Source: Candidatus Cloacimonadota bacterium (GTDB lineage Bacteria > Cloacimonadota > Cloacimonadia > Cloacimonadales > TCS61). Taken from it: a stretch of DNA of 58,489 nt. The number at the start of each line of letters is the position of its first letter. The first letter of the stretch is position 1. This document shows positions 52,399 through 58,489 of this stretch, piece by piece. Under the pieces are notes generated by a model, which saw only the letters and a list, made by a program, of their open reading frames with translations, was not told where the DNA came from and did not search any database. The position numbers and the translations under genes were made by a program. The stretch covers positions 1 to 58,489 of the forward strand of contig JAUVLE010000001.1 of the NCBI GenBank assembly GCA_030595905.1. Direction: 5' to 3'.

Positions 52399-53712
52399 AT
52401 GTCAGACCAAATCTCATTATTCGATAAAAAAATAAAACCTACCAATATTCCGTTCGCAGAGAAGATCCGTCCGCAAAATCTCGATGAAATGTTCGGTCAG
52501 GAAAAACTGCTGAAAATAGATTCCCAGCTTCGAAATATGATCAAAACAGATAATTTCAGTTCGTTCATTTTGTGGGGACCTCCGGGAACAGGAAAAACAA
52601 CCATCGCCAGGATCATCGAGCGGCATACAAATAAAATGTTCATCTCGTTCAGTGCGGTTCTTTCCAGCATCAAAGATGTAAAAAATGTGATGAAACAAGC
52701 TGAATATTTACTGCAAACTCAAAATAAAAGCACCATTCTTTTCATCGATGAGATCCACCGTTTCAATAAATCGCAGCAGGATGCTTTTTTACCTTATGTG
52801 GAATCCGGAGCGATCATCCTGATCGGGGCAACAACAGAAAATCCTTCTTTTGAAATTATTCCGCCGCTTCTTTCCCGCTGCCATGTTTTTGTGTTGGAAC
52901 AGCTTTCCAATGAAGATATTGAAAAAATAATCAAGCAGGCAGTTTCCAAAATAGAAAAAGAAATAACGTTTGAAGAAAATTGTATCCCTTATTTAGCCGA
53001 ACAAAGCGGCGGAGATGCCCGCAAAGCTTTGAATTACCTTGAAAGCATCAGCAAAAATGCCAAACCAGAACAAAAACTCGATGTGGAATTCATTTCCAAA
53101 ATTCTTGCGAAAAAAGCAATGTTCTATGATAAAGACAGGGAAGAGCATTACAATGTAATTTCTGCTCTGCACAAATCTCTTCGGGGAAGTGATCCGCAAG
53201 CGGCACTTTACTGGCTGGCAAGGATGCTGGAAACCGGAGAGGACCCGATGTATGTGGCACGCCGTTTGGTGCGATTTGCTTCCGAAGACGTGGGACTTGC
53301 CGACCCGAATGCTCTGGTTCAGGCAATTGCGGTAAAAGAGACCGTTCACTTTCTGGGAATGCCGGAAGCAAATGTTGCGCTGGCGCAACTGGTCGTCTAT
53401 CTGGCGACCGCACCAAAGAGCAACTCACTGGAAACAGCTTACATCAAAGCTGCTGCGGACGCTCAAAAAACCAGTCACCTGGGTGTTCCGTTTCATATCC
53501 GCAATGCTCCAACCAAACTAATGAAAGACCTCGATTACGGCAAAGGTTATAAATATGATCATCAATATGAAAATGCCTACTCTTATCAGAATTATTTTCC
53601 CGAAAAGATGGATGAAAAAATATATTATCAACCATCGAAATTCGGTTTTGAAAAGGAAATTCAAAAACGACTGGATTGGTGGAAGAAGTTGAAGGAGAAA
53701 GAAAAAAAATGA
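52399..53712 (+). CDS. rarA: replication-associated recombination protein A (MgsA/RarA AAA+ ATPase)
   Basis: 437 aa. [24 protein letters not shown] and the MgsA C-terminal domain ([20 protein letters not shown]). Confidence 0.95.
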   Translation: MSDQISLFDKKIKPTNIPFAEKIRPQNLDEMFGQEKLLKIDSQLRNMIKTDNFSSFILWGPPGTGKTTIARIIERHTNKMFISFSAVLSSIKDVKNVMKQAEYLLQTQNKSTILFIDEIHRFNKSQQDAFLPYVESGAIILIGATTENPSFEIIPPLLSRCHVFVLEQLSNEDIEKIIKQAVSKIEKEITFEENCIPYLAEQSGGDARKALNYLESISKNAKPEQKLDVEFISKILAKKAMFYDKDREEHYNVISALHKSLRGSDPQAALYWLARMLETGEDPMYVARRLVRFASEDVGLADPNALVQAIAVKETVHFLGMPEANVALAQLVVYLATAPKSNSLETAYIKAAADAQKTSHLGVPFHIRNAPTKLMKDLDYGKGYKYDHQYENAYSYQNYFPEKMDEKIYYQPSKFGFEKEIQKRLDWWKKLKEKEKK

Positions 53713-55397
53713 AATATTTAATCCTTTTTTTTGTATTCTTATCTGTTGTCTCATTATCAGCAGATGAAATCCTGGTTTCCGTAAAAAACCCGGATAACCC
53801 GGTTGTGAAATGGGTTGAAGAACAAAACATAGAGATCATCATTTTCCATGAGAATGAACTACTCGATATCATCATCGATGAAAAGCAGTTAGCTTATCTT
53901 CAAAATAATCGATACGATTTTGAAATTCTATCTACCGAAGAACAGCGGCTTCGAGATATTGCAGGTTATAGAAATTATGAAGATGTAACAACCGAACTTG
54001 AGCGAATTGCAACTGATTATCCGAATATAACTCAATTAACATCTCTGGGAAATTCAACCTGCTACGATTATTATTTAGGAGGAGATAACGATTATTTCGC
54101 TTTTCAGTTTGAAGTCTGGTGTCTTAAACTTTCCGATAATCCTGAAACTAATGAAGATGAACCCAATATTTTTTACGCTGCGGAAATTCATGCAAGAGAA
54201 CCTATCAGTCTGGAAGTCGATATGTATATTTTAAATTATCTTGTTTCCAATTATGGAGTAATTGACAGCGTTACCAGTTGGATAGACAGTACGCAGGTCT
54301 GGTTCATTCCCCTGATGAATCCTGATGGACATAAACTGGTAACGGAAGGCTGGCACACATATCACCGCAAAAATATGCGGGATAATAATGCCAACGGAAT
54401 ACCTGATTACAGTACAGCAGATGGTGTCGATCTGAACCGGAATTTTGGTTATGTCTGGGGACTTAATGGTGCATCCAGTTCTCCAAGTTCATCAGTTTAT
54501 CACGGACCTTATGAATGGTCGGAACAAGAATCTGTATTTGCCAGAGATTTGATCTACGCCCATAAATTCTATGCCGGAATAACTTATCATTCTTATGGTC
54601 AATATGTATTGTATCCTCTTGGTCATCTGCCCGGAGTTTGTTCTTATGACCATGAAATTATGGATGAACTTGCAGTTGATATGGCTGTGACTATTCCACG
54701 CATCAGTGGTGGTGGATATTACGCGCCAATGCAGGCGGTTGACTTTGGTTACACCTGCCAGGGAACAATGGGCGATTGGGGTTATGCGGAACAAAGGATT
54801 TTCGCATTCACGATCGAACTGGCAACCACATTTATCCCACCGGAAAGTCAGGTCGATCAAATTTGCGAGGATAACCTGCAAGCTGCTCTGATAATGCTGG
54901 ATAGAGTAAATCATTCTACTGTTACAGGTTTAATTTCCGATGAAAATGATGAACCCATCATTGCAGAAATCTATGTAACGGAGATCGATAGTGCAAGCGG
55001 AATGACCTCGGTCGAACCGTTTCGAAGTGACAGCACTTTCGGCAGGTATTACCGGATTCTTTTACCGGGAAATTACACTTTCACTTTTCATAAAGATAAT
55101 TATGCAGACATTATAAAAAGCAATATCAACGCCAGTGAAGATTTCGTTACAGAACTAAATATTTGTTTAAAACCCGAATTTATTAATTCTCAAAATATTA
55201 ATATCTTTATTGAAGAAAATTTTATCCATTTACAGTGGGAAGATGAAGCAGATTATAATTATGAAATCTATTCATCCGAAAACCCTTATACTGATTTTGA
55301 GTTGAATACTTCCGGTGAGTTTATAGGAAATAGCCACTGGAAAGAAGCTTTAACAGATAACAAAAAGTTTTTTATGATCAAAAGAATTCCTGCCTAA
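53709..55397 (+). CDS. secreted M14-family zinc carboxypeptidase with FN3-like tail
   Basis: [18 protein letters not shown] signal peptide at 53709, with an ATGA overlap onto the rarA stop. HAREPIS (HxxE zinc site), NPDG, a VDLNRNF motif and a later H/E. The C-terminal ~60 aa resemble the tail of the 25520 gene. Confidence 0.8.
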   Translation: MKYLILFFVFLSVVSLSADEILVSVKNPDNPVVKWVEEQNIEIIIFHENELLDIIIDEKQLAYLQNNRYDFEILSTEEQRLRDIAGYRNYEDVTTELERIATDYPNITQLTSLGNSTCYDYYLGGDNDYFAFQFEVWCLKLSDNPETNEDEPNIFYAAEIHAREPISLEVDMYILNYLVSNYGVIDSVTSWIDSTQVWFIPLMNPDGHKLVTEGWHTYHRKNMRDNNANGIPDYSTADGVDLNRNFGYVWGLNGASSSPSSSVYHGPYEWSEQESVFARDLIYAHKFYAGITYHSYGQYVLYPLGHLPGVCSYDHEIMDELAVDMAVTIPRISGGGYYAPMQAVDFGYTCQGTMGDWGYAEQRIFAFTIELATTFIPPESQVDQICEDNLQAALIMLDRVNHSTVTGLISDENDEPIIAEIYVTEIDSASGMTSVEPFRSDSTFGRYYRILLPGNYTFTFHKDNYADIIKSNINASEDFVTELNICLKPEFINSQNINIFIEENFIHLQWEDEADYNYEIYSSENPYTDFELNTSGEFIGNSHWKEALTDNKKFFMIKRIPA

Positions 55398-55656
55398 ATC
55401 CTAAAAAAATGAAGAACAATTGAGTCTGTTTTGAGAAAACCGGCATTCTCGTGAAATTGGAATCCATGAAAATAGCCGTACCATAATTTGATTGACACAT
55501 TTTTTTTATTTCAAACTTTTACTGTAGGCTTTTTAGATGATGATTAGATGAGAATATTGAAAACAAAGATTAAAGGTTCATGATAACCAACAGAAAAAAG
55601 TTGTTGTACAACAATTTACCGTAACTATAGGTTGGTTATGTACAATAGAATAATTG

Positions 55657-55676
55657 GCGTGGCATGCCGGCATTAG
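55657..55676 (+). repeat. GCCGGCATTAG-containing repeat, copy A (upstream of the SBBP gene)
   Basis: gcgtggcatgccggcattag. It shares gccggcattag with copy B at 57505-57521. Confidence 0.6.
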
Positions 55677-55762
55677 TGGCAACAAAGGAGGAATAAAAAC
55701 TCAAAATTTAAAAATACACCGCATCAATAATATATACTAAAAATGAAATAAGGAGAAAAAGA

Positions 55763-57427
55763 ATGAAAACAACAACTAAAACATTATTCGCACTAACAAT
55801 GTTACTCTTTGTTAGTGGCACTATTTTTGCTCAAATACCTGAATGGCAATGGGCAGAAAAAGCAGGGGGAAGTTATTCTGATATTGTTTCAGGAATTAGC
55901 ACAGATTCGGATGGAAATGTATATATGACCGGTCATTTTCAAGGGTCAGCCAGTTTTGGCTCTTTTACTTTAATAAACAGTGGTGGAATGGATATTTTTA
56001 TAGCAAAAATGGATGCAGTCGGTAACTGGCTCTGGGCAAAAAGAGCAGGTGGAAGTGATCAAGATACAGGTTATGGAATTAGAATAGACTCAAATGATAA
56101 TATTTATGTAACTGGACTTTTTCAAAGTACAGCCGATTTTGGCTCTTTTACTCTAACCAGTAGTGGGGGAAGTGATATTTTTGTAGCTAAATTAGACACA
56201 TCGGGCAACTGGTTATATGCAGAAAAAGCAGGTGGAAGTGATTATGAAAGTGGTTTTGGCATAAGCACAGACTCAGATGGTAATGTTTATGTAACTGGAA
56301 GCTTTCAGGGCATAGCTGGTTTTGGCTCTTTTACCTTGAATAGTAGTGGAGATTATGATATTTTTGTAGCTAAATTAGACACATCGGGCAACTGGTTATA
56401 TGCAGAAAAAGCAGGTGGAAGTAATTATGATAAGGGTTATGGAATCAGCACAGATTCAGATGGAAGTGTATATGTAACCGGCCATTTTGTTGATACTGCC
56501 AGTTTTGGTTCTTTCACTCTGACAGGTAGTGGAATTAATGATATTTTTGTAGCAAAAATGGATACAAATGGTAACTGGCTTTATGCTGAAAAAGCTGGTG
56601 GAAGTAATCAAGATATAGGCTCTGGAATTAGTACGGGATTAGATGGAAATGTATATATAACTGGAAAGTTTGAAGGTACAGCCAGTTTTGGTTCTTTCAC
56701 TCTGACCAGTAGCGGATATAATGATATTTTTGTAGCAAAAATGGATGCAGTCGGCAACTGGCTCTGGGCAAAAAAAGCAGGTGGAAATGATCAAGATTCA
56801 GGTTATGAAATTAGCACAGATCCAGATGGAAATATATACTTAACAGGATATTTTTATGATACTGCCAATTTTGGTTCTTTTACACTGACCAGCAGTGGAC
56901 ATAATGATATTTTTGTGGCTAAAATGGATGCAGATGGTAACTGGCTCTGGGTAGAAAAAGCAGGTGGAAGTGATCAAGATATAGGCTCTGGAATTAGTAC
57001 GGGATTAGATGGAAATGTATATATAACTGGAAGGTTTGAAGACTCAGCCAGTTTTGGTTCTTTTACTTTGTATAGTAGTGGAAGTTATGATATATTTGTA
57101 GCAAAAATTGGCAATAGCACTAAAGCAGTGGAAACTAATTTACCTATAAGACTCAATAACTTATCTAATTATCCAAATCCATTTAATCCCACAACAACAA
57201 TATCGTTCTCGATTCCAGATGAGAGTAAAATTGATCTTTCGGTTTATAATATAAAAGGTCATAAGATTAAATCACTCGTAAAAGAATCGTTTGATGCTGG
57301 TAATCACTCTATTGTTTGGAATGGTAATGATGAATCGGGAAATTCTGTTAGTTCAGGTTTATATTTCTACAAATTGAATGTTAACGGTAAAACTGAAGCA
57401 GTGAAGAAATGCTTGCTGTTAAAATAA
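55763..57427 (+). CDS. secreted SBBP beta-propeller-repeat protein with T9SS CTD
   Basis: 554 aa with a signal peptide. Seven 61-aa units (AGGS..D.G.GISTDSDGNVYVTG.F...A.FGSFTL.SSG..DIFVAK.D..GNWL.A.K) are followed by the CTD NYPNPFNPTTTISF...VYNIKGHKI...CLLLK. Confidence 0.85.
   Translation: MKTTTKTLFALTMLLFVSGTIFAQIPEWQWAEKAGGSYSDIVSGISTDSDGNVYMTGHFQGSASFGSFTLINSGGMDIFIAKMDAVGNWLWAKRAGGSDQDTGYGIRIDSNDNIYVTGLFQSTADFGSFTLTSSGGSDIFVAKLDTSGNWLYAEKAGGSDYESGFGISTDSDGNVYVTGSFQGIAGFGSFTLNSSGDYDIFVAKLDTSGNWLYAEKAGGSNYDKGYGISTDSDGSVYVTGHFVDTASFGSFTLTGSGINDIFVAKMDTNGNWLYAEKAGGSNQDIGSGISTGLDGNVYITGKFEGTASFGSFTLTSSGYNDIFVAKMDAVGNWLWAKKAGGNDQDSGYEISTDPDGNIYLTGYFYDTANFGSFTLTSSGHNDIFVAKMDADGNWLWVEKAGGSDQDIGSGISTGLDGNVYITGRFEDSASFGSFTLYSSGSYDIFVAKIGNSTKAVETNLPIRLNNLSNYPNPFNPTTTISFSIPDESKIDLSVYNIKGHKIKSLVKESFDAGNHSIVWNGNDESGNSVSSGLYFYKLNVNGKTEAVKKCLLLK
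55859..57125 (+). repeat. coding tandem repeat, 7 x 183 nt
   Basis: The period is 183 nt. There are exact internal duplicates: 56174-56239 equals 56357-56422 (66 nt), and 56607-56666 equals 56973-57032 (60 nt). Confidence 0.85.
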
Positions 57428-57504
57428 TGAAAATGCTGCTAACACACAGCTCTACAGCCAAGCAAGAAGAGAAAATCTCATCCATTGCTCTGGAGTGATC
57501 TGAC

Positions 57505-57521
57505 GTGTCACGCCGGCATTA
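57505..57521 (+). repeat. GTGTCACGCCGGCATTA repeat, copy B (downstream of the SBBP gene)
   Basis: This 17-mer is identical to the reverse complement of 58383-58399. Confidence 0.75.
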
Positions 57522-57707
57522 GGTGAAATAAGAAATTTCCATCGATCAATTTGTTATTATGAGTTTTTGCAAAAAAAAGAGTTCTGCAAAAAAATATTGT
57601 TCATCAAAATTGCAAAAGTGAAAAGGTAAAAAATCGGAAATCGCAATCTGAAATTTTAAAGTCGTTAACTTTTTGGTTTCGGTTTAACCGAGTTAGGAGG
57701 ATAATAA

Positions 57708-57857
57708 ATGAGTTTAAAAAGGGAACTGTCTCAATTATATAAAAGATACCCAATATTAACAATAATTGCGATTATTGTTTTCTTAATATTTCTTATTGGT
57801 CCTATATATGAAATTGGTAAAGAATTGGGAAGTGCTATTTATTACTTAATCCATTAA
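57708..57857 (+). CDS. possible 49-aa single-TM small protein
   Basis: AGGAGG-N7-ATG, translating MSLKRELSQLYKRYPILTIIAIIVFLIFLIGPIYEIGKELGSAIYYLIH*. It is below the 60-aa cut-off of the track. Confidence 0.4.
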   Translation: MSLKRELSQLYKRYPILTIIAIIVFLIFLIGPIYEIGKELGSAIYYLIH

Positions 57858-58275
57858 ATGGTTTTTTAACTCTAAATTTTTAAGTCGAACTTTTAAATCT
57901 AAATTTAAACGGCTCAAAGTTTCGTGTTGAAAATTAAATCGGAAGACAAAATGTTTCTGCTCGCATAAAATTAATTTTCCTATTAAAAAATTCTGTGGTA
58001 AACGGAAACAAAGTTTAAAATCAAAATGAAGCCGAACAGCGAATTATTTTTTAAAGATTATTATAAAAAAGAAAAAAAGAAAAACACAATTTTCAACGAG
58101 ATGTCATCAGCAAAGAGTAATTTGCAATTAATGTTTAAAAATTCAGTTTACCGGTTTTGTTTTCAGTTTGGTCATCGTGGCGTTGATTGAATGATTTTTC
58201 AACTGGAAAATCTAAAAAAATTGTTGAGCGTTTTTTAACTTTGTGGTTTGCTCGGGGTTTGTGCACTTTTGAAAA

Positions 58276-58489
58276 ATGATTGAATCGGCTAACACAAGCC
58301 TCCACATTCAGATTGAAAGAGAATATGACAGAACGTGGCAGGCTCAACCATTAAACAACATTCCGCTTCGCTTCATGTTGTTTAATGCCGGCGTGACACT
58401 AAAAGATACTCGCAACCGTATCGAAGCGGAACGTCGTTTAACATTGCGTACACGTGGACTCGCAAATCGGCAACCCTTGACTTTGATTT
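58276..58489 (+). CDS. open reading frame running off the window end (unknown; could instead be structured non-coding DNA)
   Basis: From the ATG at 58276 the frame is open to the last base: MIESANTSLHIQIEREYDRTWQAQPLNNIPLRFMLFNAGVTLKDTRNRIEAERRLTLRTRGLANRQPLTLI.... The segment is visibly G+C-richer than the preceding 700 nt, has no clear RBS and is full of inverted repeats. Confidence 0.3.
   Translation, partial: MIESANTSLHIQIEREYDRTWQAQPLNNIPLRFMLFNAGVTLKDTRNRIEAERRLTLRTRGLANRQPLTLI
58383..58399 (-). repeat. GTGTCACGCCGGCATTA repeat, copy C (inverted)
   Basis: taatgccggcgtgacac on the plus strand. It is embedded next to an 11-bp hairpin, ttaaacaacat (58351-61) / atgttgtttaa (58375-85). Confidence 0.75.

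Noticed and set aside
55859-57125. A regularly spaced 183-nt repeat that could be mistaken for a CRISPR-like or satellite array.
   Set aside because: The whole array is one uninterrupted reading frame encoding 61-aa SBBP propeller units. There is no repeat-spacer structure and there are no cas genes.
58135-58347. A 70-aa minus-strand ORF near the window end.
   Set aside because: The translation is K/R/F-rich and of low information, with no RBS. It overlaps the better-looking plus-strand frame and the repeat words. Neither frame is proven, so only the plus frame is listed, at low confidence.
1-58489. A search by eye for tRNA, rRNA, tmRNA, RNase P or SRP RNA genes, transposases, integrases, phage genes and CRISPR arrays.
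   Set aside because: I found no T-loop or anticodon-arm patterns, rRNA signatures, DDE or tyrosine-recombinase motifs, or repeat-spacer arrays. Absence by eye is not proof; tRNAscan-SE, Infernal/Rfam and ISfinder runs would be decisive.

Overview
This is a 58.5-kb AT-rich chromosomal window. Gene content and secretion signals fit an anaerobic FCB-group bacterium, and I infer it is Cloacimonadota-like. Four exoproteins end in the T9SS C-terminal sorting domain NYPNPFNP...IYNIKGQ...LLLK. All calls come from reading the translations and the DNA by eye; no searches were run.

Gene order, left to right:
- a T9SS cargo fragment, a porin and a degenerate flavodoxin
- an MMPL/RND, DUF1302-like OMP and LolA-like trio, then a methyltransferase
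- Fur-box-controlled feoAB with a trailing membrane gene, then fur
- a CIRCE/HrcA heat-shock operon, hrcA-grpE-[orphan gene]-dnaK-dnaJ
- a decayed ORF-free stretch, then rsmE and cca
- a roughly 20-kb minus-strand block of anaerobic C4/C5-acid metabolism: four-subunit 2-oxoacid:ferredoxin oxidoreductase, methylmalonyl-CoA epimerase, HdrA-MvhD/HdrC/HdrB-like genes joined to an anchor-less fumarate-reductase-like FeS and flavoprotein pair, sucCD, two-subunit class I fumarase, and malic enzyme
- uvrB, two tandem BNR/PKD T9SS paralogues, a YfhO-family protein, rsmI, dinJ-yafQ, a lipid kinase, rarA, an M14 carboxypeptidase, and a 7 x 61-aa SBBP-repeat T9SS protein

I recognised no rRNA, tRNA, CRISPR array, transposase or integrase.

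Most worth a second look:
1. The Hdr-like plus Frd-like five-gene cluster, a possible soluble bifurcating/confurcating fumarate-succinate enzyme.
2. An AT-rich orphan gene wedged between grpE and dnaK.
3. A GxxExxY gene bounded by inverted repeats that splits the fumarase alpha and beta genes.
4. Several families of short dispersed hairpin 'words' that fill the intergenic spacers, including a four-segment alternative-pairing leader in front of feoA.
5. A 17-nt repeat that brackets the last T9SS gene and recurs inverted in a G+C-richer, hairpin-dense segment at the window edge.
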